From positions 1 to 64,000 of the forward strand of contig CAXHJY010000795.1 of assembly GCA_964016885.1 (NCBI GenBank): a stretch of DNA of 64,000 bases, read 5' to 3'. Source of the stretch: Eledone cirrhosa. Lineage: Eukaryota. The notes beneath the pieces were generated by a model. That model had not been told where the DNA came from and did no database searches. It was given only the letters and a program-made list of their open reading frames with translations. Made by a program: the position numbers and the translations under genes. This document shows positions 52,062 through 64,000 of this stretch, piece after piece (position 1 is the stretch's first letter; each line of letters opens with the position of its first letter).

Positions 52062-52728
52062 CTTGCTGAGGTACCTGGCTTCGCCTGGGAGAACAGAGAA
52101 AATGACTGTATTGAATGTGTTGTCTGGTATGATGTGGGACTGCAATGTTTGTGTGTGCGTGTATGAGAGTGTGTGTGAGAGAGACAAAAAAAACAATCAT
52201 AAAACTTCCTTATTATTTAACTGCCGATTAAACAGTAGTGTTGGTCTTGGATTTTAAATGTGAAATAACCATAGTCAGTATGATCTTTTTCAGTTCCAAA
52301 GGACGTCATCTGAAACACAGCAACATACTGCATAACATTGCTTCTGAAGTGTTTCTTCGTTAGTATGGTCTGTAAGCAGTATATAGATAAAAGCTGGAGG
52401 GTAAATTAATTTCAAATAGTATCAATTTTTCTTTGTTCTGTAAAATCAAAGATTGTAAAACAAGTTTATAAAAGCTAACACAATATTGTTAAACCTTCCT
52501 ATAGATTCAAAGGATCTATAGTTTAAGCTGTTTCTAGACTTTTGTGGGACATTACTCTCTCTCTGAATATCTAACACTGTAATTGTATCTCTCTCTATAT
52601 AACGGCCTATCTCTCTCTTTCTGCCTCTCCCTCTGTGTCTCTCTCTCTTTAGATGTGTGTGTATGTGTAGTTTTCAGACGATTCAACCAACCAACCAATA
52701 AACATCTTTCTTTTATATTATATATAGA
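52062..52728 (-). mobile_element. Non-autonomous Helitron
   Basis: Minus strand A|TCTATATATAATATAAAAGAAAGATGTTT ... GGCGAAGCCAGGTACCTCAGCAAG|T: 5' TC, inserted between A and T, no TSD; the terminal CTAG is mutated to CAAG. Confidence 0.75.
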
Positions 52729-53834
52729 TTAATAACATTAACATTTTTGATGATTTAGTGTTAAAGAATAAAAACTAATGACAAAATAAGAATGTATTTT
52801 AAAAATGAGGCCCCTTTGGATGTGTGGCCCTAAAATATAGCTTATTTAGCTTATAGGTAAGTCCAGCACCGTCGATACCTTCCCCAAGGGGCAGCTGCTC
52901 TCCATTGCAGACATTTTTCTATGTCTCTGACCAGACAGTATAGTAGAAAATATTTGTCCAAAATTCAGCTCAGTTGAATTGAATACAAAACAAAACAAGT
53001 AGTCGTGAAATAAACTTCTTAACCTCACAGCCATAACCTGAATCAAACCAAAGGTATGTGAAAAACTAATGAAATGTTTGAAGAGTACTGGCTGGTTGAA
53101 TATTGCTTTGCAATATTAGTTCTGGTTCTCTGTTCCCTGAGTTCAAATCCTACCAATTCTCTGCCTTTACTGAACCCTTCAATCTTAAATAGTGACAAAT
53201 TGGCAGAATCATTAGAACATCAGATAGAATGCTTTGTGTTATTTGCTTCAGCTCTCTGCTCTCTGACTTCAAACCACACCAAGGCCAACTTTGCTTTTCA
53301 TCCATTTGAGGTCGATAAAAAAGCTATCAGTCTAATACTGGTGTTGATTTTTCCTCTATATCTCTTTCTCACTTTCTATCTATCTCTGGAAGAATTCTGC
53401 TGTGGTCATACCCGAAGAGGAACAGGCTCTGCCAGGCTTTAAAAGATGTCCAAAAAATGCTGTATACCACTACAGTGCCCCAATGACTCCATCAGGAGTT
53501 ACAAGGCCATACCATGCTATTATGAAATTAATTTAAAAAATCCCAATTCAGAAGTGTGTGAAGTCATCATATTGTATGAATACACGTAGTTTAGTGTTTA
53601 AGGTGATTGATGATCACAATCGTATGGTCAAGATTTCAGCTACCTTGAGCAAGAGGCCTCATTTCATATTACTCCAGTCCACTCAGCTGGTAAAAATAAG
53701 GGCCAGCTTTGTGAGAGACATTCTAATCAGGTCCTGTATTGTACCCTCATAGAAAGAGGTGAAAAGGATATCTCAAGATGAATTGGCAGCAGAAAAAGTA
53801 TCCGGACCTGAAACCCATCAACAAAAGTTGGAAT

Positions 53835-54071
53835 GATGTATTGATAGATGCAACTGACTGTGGTCATTGGAGTACTTTGGCTGCCTCATGTATTTTAAGA
53901 CACAGGATGTATTGATAGATGCAACTGACTGTGGTCATTGGAGTACTTTGGCTGCCTCATGTATTTTAAGACACAGGATGTATTGATAGATGCAACTGAC
54001 TGTGGTCATTGGAGTACTTTGGCTGCCTCATGTATTTTAAGACACAGGATGTATTGATAGATGCAACTGAC
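53835..54071. repeat. Perfect 71 bp tandem repeat x3.3
   Basis: GATGTATTGATAGATGCAACTGAC starts at 53835, 53906, 53977 and 54048. Confidence 0.95.
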
Positions 54072-54720
54072 CATCTCAAAACACAGGAGCTTCTATGTCT
54101 AAGTAAGCCTTATCACCGAAAAGGAATTAAGTGTACACATGTCTGCGGAATATTCAGTCACTTGCACACTAATTTTGAAAGCAGGCTATTCCATTGATCA
54201 ATCAAACAACTGAGACTCAATACATATAATAAACTATTGATCAATTATTCCAGTTGACATCCAACAGTAAAACAACAGACCAACATTTTTCAACTTATAA
54301 GAACTGGGAGTCTATTCCATTGTCATAGCAACATAGGACATTGTTTTTGGACATAACAGGAGTGTATATGGATATTGGCTCAGAATTTACTACATTAAAG
54401 CGCATGTGTGTTTAATAATATAGGGATAGAGATCAGGACACTCACACTTTTTTATTATTATATCAAGCATTAAATTAATATACATCATTGTACTGTAATG
54501 TTCTCTTGTGATGTTTTTGCTTGTTTACTTCTCCCCCTCTTTCAGCCTCTCAAAGACACACACACACACACACATATATATATACATATATACATAGACA
54601 CACACATACCGATATTGGTAGAGAGAAAGAGAGATAAACAACACAGAAACCTAGTAATGGAATATAATTTTCCTAATTCCATTAACTGAGATCCAAATGC
54701 ATACACACATACATACCTAT

Positions 54721-54789
<69 letters not shown>

Positions 54790-54812
54790 TATATATATAT
54801 ATATATACATAT

Positions 54813-55007
54813 ATAGGAAAAAGTATGACCCCGACGGCAGAGCTCAAGTCGTTTCGACGGATTTCTGGACAGAAATAGCCGTCGAAACGGCTTGAGCTCT
54901 GCCGTCGGGGTCATACTTTTTCCTATTTTCCACTCTACTACCCTAAGTATTGAGTACTCTGGTGCGTTATGGTCTATCTGGTTCCTTACCACAATTCCTT
55001 TGTTATA
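54813..55007. mobile_element. Hairpin (~55 bp arms) + ~80 bp tail element
   Basis: 54813-54926 is a near-perfect palindrome; the tail is shared with the 30288, 46179 and 60073 copies. Confidence 0.85.
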
Positions 55008-55020
55008 TACATATATATAT

Positions 55021-55324
55021 TTCTACAGCTGGATGCCCTTCCTAACACCAACCTCATTTACAGTGAGTGCTGGGTGCTTTTTTTCTGTGGCGCCTACACG
55101 TCCACTTTAGAGTGTGGGCTGGGTGCTTTTTTGCCATGGCACCTCCACGACCACTTTTGCAGTGGAATGATAGGGACCCCAGTCCATTTCTACAGCTGAG
55201 TAAACTGGAGCAATCTGAAATAAAGTATCTTGCTCAAGGAAACAACACATCACCCGGTCTGAGAATTGAACTCACAACCTTTTGATTGCAAGGCCAATGC
55301 TCTAACCACTAAGCCATGTGCCTC
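55021..55324 (-). mobile_element. tRNA-CORE SINE lacking the 3' hairpin
   Basis: Reverse complement of 26283-26548. Confidence 0.85.
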
Positions 55325-55802
55325 ATATATACATACACATATATTAAATATTCCTTTGTTTTATAGAACCATTATTGAGCAGCAAACAATATAATAAACC
55401 ACTCGATCATCATCACTATTTTCCTTTCATTCTTCCTCCTCCATCCCATCCCACCTTCAATTTCCCTCCTTCTTGTTGCACACCCTTTCTTTCCTCCTAT
55501 ACTCATTTCTGTACCTCAATTGCTTTCCCAGCCCTCAAAATTCCTTAATTTTTATTGTCATCATTGTTTTGTAAGATTGATTGATCCCTTGCCATGTTGT
55601 TGGCAAGGGTTTCCTCTAGTTTGACCCTTCCATATTTGGCACCTCTTCAATACCAATAATGTAATATGAAGAAGGGATGAATTGGAAAAACACACACACA
55701 CACACACACATATTATATATGTGTGTATATACTTGTGTATGTGTGTGTATATATATATACATATATAATATATATATGTGTGTGTGTGTGTATATCTATC
55801 TA

Positions 55803-55835
<33 letters not shown>

Positions 55836-55840
55836 GTGTA

Positions 55841-55891
<51 letters not shown>

Positions 55892-56133
55892 ATAGGGAGA
55901 TAGATAGATATACACATATATATATATATGTGTGTGTGTATTGTATTTGTAAAGGGTTTTGGTAATGTTTGTTCTAAGTCTAACCTAATGGAGCAAGATA
56001 TTTGTGAATATTTCTCAAAGGATTCACAAAAGATGTTATTATGACTATTACCTTGAGAAACAAAAAAATATAAGAGAAAAATTATCTTGTTATAGAAATA
56101 TGACATCTTTTGCCAACAACCCCTTCTTTGCCT

Positions 56134-56203
<70 letters not shown>

Positions 56204-56234
56204 CTCTGACTGTACCCATACATGCACACGCACA

Positions 56235-56435
56235 CGTTCGTCAGCTGAAAAGTTCATAGGCTGGCCAAGATATTCTCATGGAATGACCAAATGAGGTTTA
56301 TTTTTCAACATAATTTCTGGAAAAAAAACTATGAAGTTATTAATAAGAAGAGTTGAAATTAATGCACACAAGATTTCACAGCTCTAGCAGCACTCTTTCA
56401 TAGTAAGCCTATGAGCTTTTCAGCTGACCATGGTA
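56235..56435. mobile_element. Mariner-type MITE copy
   Basis: TCAGCTGAAAAGTTCATAGGCT ... AGCCTATGAGCTTTTCAGCTGA. Confidence 0.75.
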
Positions 56436-56659
56436 TATATATGGATAAAATGTTATTAACTGTGACTTTAAAAAAACTACAGCTGCCACTCACAATTGAG
56501 CTTGACTTGGTAGTATATACCATGTTTCTTTTGCTCGGGGTTTATTTTAGGTGATCATGTTGTTGTGAGCAGATATATGATAGATGCCCTCTCTCCTTTG
56601 AGTCAGTGGAACATCCACCATGTGACAGCTGGTAGGAAAGTGTGGGCTGCACCAGAACT

Positions 56660-56878
56660 TGGCTCGTACTTTCTTTATCGACTCCAAAAGCATGAAACGC
56701 AAAAATAGATCCCGTCCGGATTTAATCTCAAATAGTAGAGACCCTGAAACAAATAGTAGAGACCCTGAAACAAATAGTAGAGACCCTGAAACAAATAGTA
56801 GAGACCCTGAAACAAATAGTAGAGACCCTGAAACAAAAATCTGACTTTCTAACGATTCTGCTAAATCAACTGCCTTAC
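56660..56878 (-). mobile_element. Old family 2 SINE containing a perfect 21 bp repeat x5
   Basis: AAATAGTAGAGACCCTGAAAC repeats at ~56729-56836 between degenerate SINE core and head. Confidence 0.65.
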
Positions 56879-57299
56879 TAATTGAGATGAGTAAGATCAT
56901 TATTGAATTTAGTTTGCCGTTCTTTAAAGAATGTAGAGTGTAGATATTATTTAAAGCCTTGTAAACCTTGTAAGCCTTACAATAGGTCACACTGCTTGCA
57001 CAGATTCCCTTGACTCTGGTCCTATCCAATTCTATAACCCTAACCTTAATTAAGTCTGCAGAAAAGTAGTAATTCCACATTCCATGTTAGTTGTCATTGA
57101 GCAAAAGACATACATATAGCTTGGTCAAAACAATGCTCTGCGTTAGTTTATTAAAACTTTTACTTAATATATGTTTTATCTTCATCATTGAATGGACATC
57201 TATCAGTGTCATTGATAAGTGTTCCAGTTGTTTGATCAATAAAACAGCCTTCTCATAAATGAACATAAGTGGCCGAGCATTCCACATTAAATTAGAAAG

Positions 57300-57550
57300 T
57301 TCAGGGAGATTCAGTGTGACACAGTGTATGACAAAGCTTGGCTTTTGAATTACAATATATCACTGAATAATAGCTGTTCTAGGTGTCAACCTCAGGGAGA
57401 TTCAGCATGACACAGTGTATGACAAAGCTGGCCTTTTGAATTACAATATATGACAGTATAATGGCTGTTCTGATGACCTTAACATAATTCTCAGGGAGAT
57501 TCAATGTGACACAGTATATGATGGGGCAGGCCTTTTGAAATATAGATACA
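57300..57550. repeat. Three diverged ~90-100 bp tandem units
   Basis: TCAGGGAGATTCA.TGTGACACAGT.TATGA at 57301, 57392 and 57491. Confidence 0.85.
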
Positions 57551-58818
57551 GTCTATACAGCAGGTTTCCAAACAGTTTCCCTCCACCAAATTTCACTCAA
57601 AAGGCTTATGTTGACCTGAGGCCATGAAAAATAGCTTTTATCCAAGATGCCATACAGTGGGATTAAACCTGGGACCTAATGATAGAGAAGCAAACTTCAT
57701 AACTCTTCAGCCATGTTGCCTTACTGTTATACCATTAAAGAATTACCATCATACATCTATTTTTCCATGCTTGCATGGGTTAGATGGGTTGTCATGTTAT
57801 GAGACAAGTCAGGTCCGCAGACTACATCTTGCTCACATGGATTTGTATTTTGGCTTGGTTTCTACAGTTGATGCCCTTTCTAACACCAACCACATTACAA
57901 TGTGGACTGGGTGATTTTTATCATGGATGCTAAAATAATGATTTGATTTAGGTACAGGGCCAGCAATTTAGGGAAACGATGAATATATCAACCAAAATAT
58001 TTGACTGATACTTTATTTTATCAACTTTGGAAAGATGAAAGGCAGTTGACCTCAGAATATCAAAAGCCAGAACAAATATGGCTCAGTATTTGTCTGAAGC
58101 TCTAACAATTTTGCTAATCCACCACTCTGCCATTAAATAATGGAAGAACACATTATAGTCCAACATACTTTTGAAAAGATGTGACAGACGGTCACAGTTG
58201 TGATGTCTTTGATCATGGGTTTTCTTTATCAGAGTTGACCTCTGCAGCTAAACAACAACAACATATTTTTCAGTAATGCCAGGGCATTAGCTCTTGCCTA
58301 AGATTTTAATGGAATCTCTTAGGCAGAACTTAAATTTATGAACACTGCCCTATATACTATGTAGCCACATTTAGCCAGTTTCTATTATCCTACAGTGCTA
58401 TATAATAGTTCCATATTATCTTCATTACCTTTATCTGCAGTATGTTACTCAAAATCTATAACGTGTGTTGTTTGTTTCATTCTTCCATACTCTACTAATA
58501 GAAATTCTGCAAGTATGTAGCTGGTTATTGTAAAATTGATTAAAAGATGTTTATCTGCTGGACTGGAAGCTGTTTATCCATCAGACTGGTTATTACACTC
58601 CTCAATAATATTATCTTCGATTTGTTAAAAGTATTTTCAAAGAAATTAGATAAGTTTTGAGCAAATCAGCCTTTGCTTTTGTTTCTATATTTACAGCATC
58701 TGAGCCTGTAGCATAGTTAAAGGAGAAGAGAAAAGAATATCTCTATTTTTGGCATTGATATTGAATTCTCGCGTAGGTATAAATAAATCAATTGGAAAAA
58801 CTAGATATTGAGACGATG

Positions 58819-59530
58819 TTAACCTTTTCGATAGCAAACTACCTGAAACCACTCTGCCCCCCCCCCCCCCCCCAGTTCTATGATACAAAATTGTTTGTTT
58901 TAAAGTAGTTATATTTATCTAAAAATACTCCATCATAATTATTGTAAGAACCTTTGTTAAGTTATGTTCCAAACACCAGATAAATAACAAGTTAATTATA
59001 TTACTAAATCCTTTAAAATTATCGATTGCTTTCAAAGTTATTTAAAAATCATAGGCAGTGTTTTTCAATATAAATATGGTAATAAAATGGTTAAAACTTT
59101 CCCAAGAAGATTAAAAATACAGGTGAACTGAAATCATTACAAATGACTTAACCTTTTCCTTACCATATTTCTAATGAAAGACATTGTCAACATTTTCAAA
59201 TAATTTAGAAAATAAGTAAGAATTTAGAGAGATTTAGTAATATGAATAACGTCCTTATCAATTTGGTGTTTGGGACATAACTTACATAAACTTATGATGG
59301 ATGGTTTTTAGATAAATATAATATTCATATGTATATATGGATTAATATACATACATTATCTCAGTGTGTCATAAGAAGTGAATAAAAGCATTGGTAATAG
59401 GAAAGGCATTCAGTTGTAAAACATTTACTTCATAAAGTCTTGTCCAACCCATGCCAGCATGGAAAAGTTGACATAAAAGCAATGATGAGGATGAGAAATG
59501 CTTCAGGCAGTTTACTGTCAAAAGGGTTAA
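58819..59530. mobile_element. Two piggyBac-like MITEs in inverted orientation; the second holds an RTE/SINE tail
   Basis: TTAACCTTT...ATGGTTAA (58819-59094) and TTAACCTTT...AAAGGGTTAA (59148-59530); SINE tail at ~59390-59495. Confidence 0.6.
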
Positions 59531-59989
59531 CCCCATGACTGTCTAGCTCCTTAACTTTTCACAATTTCTATATTGAGTTCCTAGACCAAATTTGCAAAAC
59601 TTTTTTTTTTTTTCAAAATATTATTTTGTGTCTGTAAATCCTTGGTTTGTAACCTGGATCCACAAAAATCACAGAAATTCTTGCTAACAAAAATGATGGT
59701 GGTGTTGATGGTTGTGGTGGTGTTCATAATCATAATGATGGTGTATCTCATGATGATAATGATGATGGTTGTAGTGGTGGTAATGTTTGTGGTGATTGTA
59801 ATGGTTGGTACTTATGGCAGTCATAATGTGAGACCAGGGAGACAACAAATCAGGATAGTACACCTCAAAAAGGGTTGCTGAATACAAGCTGAACCTGCTA
59901 GGAGTCAGGAGCAGATTTACAGATTTAAAAATTCCTATTTTTTTTATTTATTTTTTTTTTTGACGTCCACTTTTCCCTGCTTGCACCTA

Positions 59990-60072
<83 letters not shown>

Positions 60073-60075
<3 letters not shown>

Positions 60076-60212
60076 CGAAGGAATTGTGGTAAGGAACCAG
60101 ATGGACCATAACACACCAAAGTACTCAATACTTAGGGTAGTAGAGTGGGTAATAGGAACAAGTATGACCCCGACGGCAGAGCTCAAGCTGTTTCGACGGC
60201 TATTTCTGGACT
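60073..60212. mobile_element. Tail + single arm of the 54813 hairpin family
   Basis: Reverse complement of ~54867-55007. Confidence 0.8.
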
Positions 60213-60923
60213 AAAAAAAAAATATATATATATATAATTAAGAATAGTTTTCTGAGGGGGATTGGGAAGAAACCACATTTAAATAAGATACTCAATACAT
60301 TAGTAGAGAAGATATTTATTACATATAGAAATGACTTTCACAAGACTAGAACTGTTTCATTCATTTAAAATCATCAATGATTTCTTCAAATGAATGAAAC
60401 AGATCTAGTCCTGTAGAAGACATTTCTATATGAAATACTGCAAATTGAATATGTTACATTCACTCAATGAAACACATATTGCATTTCTCTGTGTCATGTC
60501 TTCATTGTAGTAGTGAATTTAAAGCATTAAACCAATGTTTCTTCATTGTACTGTATTGTTTGCTTTGTTATATCTGTTTACGTTTTGCATATATATATGC
60601 AAATAGATATATATCCAAATAGATAGTAAAATACACTAGAATTTAGTTCTTAATCTAAGCCATCTTAGTAAAAAATTTTTACCTATATCTGAATCAGTCT
60701 GATGAAACAAAAGCACACAGACAGACACACAGCGAACCCAACACAAACACTAAAAACAAAAACAAAAATGCCTCAAAATGTATCATAGGTTTCAAGTTTC
60801 AGATTCAAGTTCAAGTAAGTTGTAGAAGTATCATTAAAATGAAATAATCTGATAGTTCATCATTGCTAGACAGACAAGACATTACGACAACAACAGTGAT
60901 AATAATAATAATAATAATAATAA

Positions 60924-61101
60924 TTGTTTCTACTTTTGGCAGAAGGTCAGCAATTATCTCAGTGTATTACTGGTACTTTATTTTATCGACCCCGTAAGGA
61001 TGAAAGGCAAAGTTAACCTCAGCGGGATTTGAACTCAGTCCGTAAAGGGACGTAACTGTGCTGCAAAGCATGGAATCCGACCCTCTACTGATACTGCCAA
61101 A
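60924..61101 (-). mobile_element. SINE family 2 copy with (ATT)n 3' flank
   Basis: Colinear with 34424-34607. Confidence 0.85.
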
Positions 61102-61978
61102 TGATAACAATAGTAATACTGAGGTTTATGTTTGATTTCAGTTAATTAACAACTGCAAATCATTTCTTGTCCGGCATTAAACAAATGAAAAACAATAGCG
61201 GATCTTTTATTATAAATTAGTGAAAATGTAGGTCTTACTTATTCCCCCCACAGACACACACAGACACAGTCATACCCCTCACATTAACTATTTCTCTTTC
61301 TCTCTTTTACATTCATTAAATCGTCTCGTTAAAGGTGTTTCTAATGTTACTCACGTCAACTTAAGAACTTTTGCTAGAAAAAAAAAAAAAAGAACAGAAG
61401 ATATTAAGAATCACATTAAAAAGGTGTTAAACACTAACCAATAACCAATTAAGGATCAGAACTTAAAAAGACCAATAGCACCAATAGAAATTCTGCAGGA
61501 AATGGAGCTTTTGTTATAATGAGCTTGCCGACATTGATGTATAAGACTAAAGAACTGTAAATCTTTCTCTTACACTTATGATCAGTAGGTTAATTACTTT
61601 AAAACATTTCCTCTACTTTTACAAGCAGCTAGCTTAATCATCATGAATAACCTCATAGTAACCTTCTGTTGGAATTGTGCAAAATAATGATGGAAATCCT
61701 TAGGCGATTCTTTCTTTGCAATCAATTCTCTTATATTTCTTGTAGTTAACAAATATCTTACTCATAGTCTTGTAATTATAATATCTTAGAATTGAAGATA
61801 AAATTCAGATTAAAATTGTTTCACTGGCATGGTTGTGTGGTTAGTGTTTGTTTTACAACCATGTGGTTTTAGTTTCAATCCCACTGTACAGCATTGTGTA
61901 TAAGTTTCTTCTACTGTAGCCCTGGGTTGACTTTTGTTTTGTGAGTGTAAAATTTACTAAATAGAAACTGTAGAAGCT

Positions 61979-62048
<70 letters not shown>

Positions 62049-62050
<2 letters not shown>

Positions 62051-62302
62051 GAGGTTCTTTTAAAAAAAGAGATGTCCCACAATGGGTGAAACTATAAGGA
62101 AAAGAAATTGAAAATGCAACTGGAGTCTTTTAAGAATATTTATTTATTTACTGTACCGGTTTCAGATGCGCGACAAACCACAACAGAAACACGAACCCTC
62201 CATCTCAATTTTACTTATGAAAATCAAAAGAACTGTGAAACTGGTAAATGAATAAATATTCTTAAAAGACTCCTGTTGCATTTTCAATTTCTTTTCCTTA
62301 TA
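62049..62302. mobile_element. Inverted-repeat + tail element in (TA)n
   Basis: Arms 62093-62164 and 62236-62302; each reads GAAAC(C/T)GGTA...AATAAA outward. Confidence 0.75.
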
Positions 62303-62495
62303 TATATATAAAGAAATGTGCTAGCAGCTAAAGTGTATTATAAAGTTATATCCATATAAATACAGAGTGTGTAACCGAGACTACAACCATGTAAACATGC
62401 CAGAAAATACAAATTTTATATTAAAATGTGTATATTTACGTACACATTGTTGCAGTCTCAATTACCCACACTATACTTATACTGATATAATTTTA

Positions 62496-62534
<39 letters not shown>

Positions 62535-62535
<1 letters not shown>

Positions 62536-62800
62536 CATCATCATTGTTTAACGTCCATTTTCTATGCTAGAATGGGTTAGACGAGCTGTCATGTTTTGAG
62601 ACAAACCAGGTCAAATGACCATGTATTGCTCACACAGAACTGATTTTGGTTTGGTTTCTTCAGCTGGATGCTCTTCCTATTGTCAACCACATTTACAGTG
62701 TGTACTCGGTGCTTTTTTTGTGACACCTACACAACCACTTTACCATGTGAACTGGGTGCTCATTGAGGCATGAAAATGACCACTTTATAATGTGAATTAG
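62535..62800 (-). mobile_element. RTE-derived non-autonomous tail module
   Basis: Diverged match to 17804-18050. Similar relics at ~37035-37200 and ~57745-57920. Confidence 0.7.
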
Positions 62801-63747
62801 GGACTCAGGTGGAGGAGGTACATAGTAATTGGTGAGGTAGATCTAGGGGTGGAGTGCTAGGGAATATATATGAAATTTTGTTTTTAGCTCAATTAATAAG
62901 TTTGATAAGCTGATTGTTGATGGCATTGGGTCGATAACACAAATATGGACCTTCAGCCAACCAACTGTGAAACGTCGATACTCAGTTAAAATGTTCTTGT
63001 GAAACTTTGTCTTGTTATACATTATATATGTGTGTATGTGTGTGTGTGTTTATGTATATATATGTATGTATATATACATATATATGTATTCATCTCTTTA
63101 TTGGTGAAACACGTGTAAGATAAATACAATGTCTTAAATTTCATCATCTTGTTTTCTATCCATTACTCTGTGTGTGTGCTCATTCCTATGTTTATGTTTG
63201 TCTTAGTTGGTTCAACAAAAAAGAGACTGATAAAAAATAAGTATGAGTCTTCAAAAAATAAGAACTGGGGCATGGGGTTTGATGTGATCAATTAAATCAA
63301 AGAAGTCATCAAGTCTTCACAAACCAGACAAAAAGATAAAACAATATTTGCATTTAAAACCAGTAAAAAGATAAAACAATATTTGCATTTATTTTCTCAT
63401 GTGTGTATGGTTTGGATATATTTAGAAATTTATTAAGTAATAGATATTTATTTACAACAGAAGATATATTATAAAATCTAAAATATATTTACTGTGGATA
63501 ACCCTTGCTAAATGGATGTTAAATGATGTTACTTACATTTGCATATTACAAGCCTTGCTGTAAAAAATGAACAAGTGTAAATACACTTCAATCTCTTTCT
63601 ACACAGATAAACATAAGAGACTGCTTTTGCTTGTTTCACTGGTAATAGGTTGTTCATTGGAAGCTAATACCCTTATCATTCCTCCATTTCCATTAATCTT
63701 TGTTGTTGTTCATATTATTATTATAATGTATACATACAAACACCCCC

Positions 63748-63814
<67 letters not shown>

Positions 63815-63817
<3 letters not shown>

Positions 63818-64000
63818 TCATCATCATCAACGTTTAACGTCCGTGTTCCATGGTTGCATGGGTTTGGACGGGGGTTTTCCCACATGAGGCAAGAGTGATT
63901 GTCTTGCTCGCATAGGACTGTCTGGCAGGTTTTCTACAGTTGGATGCCCTTCCTAACACCAACCACATTTACAGTGTGGGTCTGGGAGGTTTTTACCGTA
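63815..64000 (-). mobile_element. 3' end of RTE family B subtype or derived SINE (runs off the window)
   Basis: Close match to 2441-2630. Confidence 0.85.

Noticed and set aside
52846-53053. Short ORF and splice-like signals (also at 57087-57290 and 27170-27330)
   Set aside because: No recognisable protein similarity or consistent exon frame; cannot be supported without RNA data.
61436-61487. Four CCAAT boxes as a promoter
   Set aside because: No linked TSS, exon or ORF; plausible by chance in AT-rich DNA.

Overview
AT-rich eukaryotic DNA with no convincing host gene. It is most likely an octopus or related cephalopod intron or intergenic region; I infer this from the CORE-type tRNA SINE, the RTE LINE content and the very large (TA)n/(TATG)n tracts. 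The window is almost entirely repeats. It holds two RTE-clade LINEs with long open APE+RT ORFs that carry a PHD-type zinc finger inside the RT C-terminal region. One of these forms a ~3.3 kb tail-to-tail inverted pair with a decayed sibling and sits behind a ~410 bp 5' tandem array. Also present: two decayed CR1-group LINEs, a Naiad-like Penelope GIY-YIG remnant, Helitron fragments, two tRNA-SINE families, mariner-, pogo- and piggyBac-like MITEs, and several minisatellites. The most notable signals are (1) a three-copy extended type I hammerhead-ribozyme-like fold with a non-canonical CAGAAGA core in the Penelope 3' repeat, (2) a set of 'hairpin+tail' elements in TA microsatellites, (3) four differently truncated SINEs stacked at one target site, and (4) modular sharing of RTE 5'-UTR and 3'-hairpin parts between LINEs and SINEs. 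Most ORFs in the supplied track are microsatellite or antisense artefacts. All alignments and folds were done by eye.
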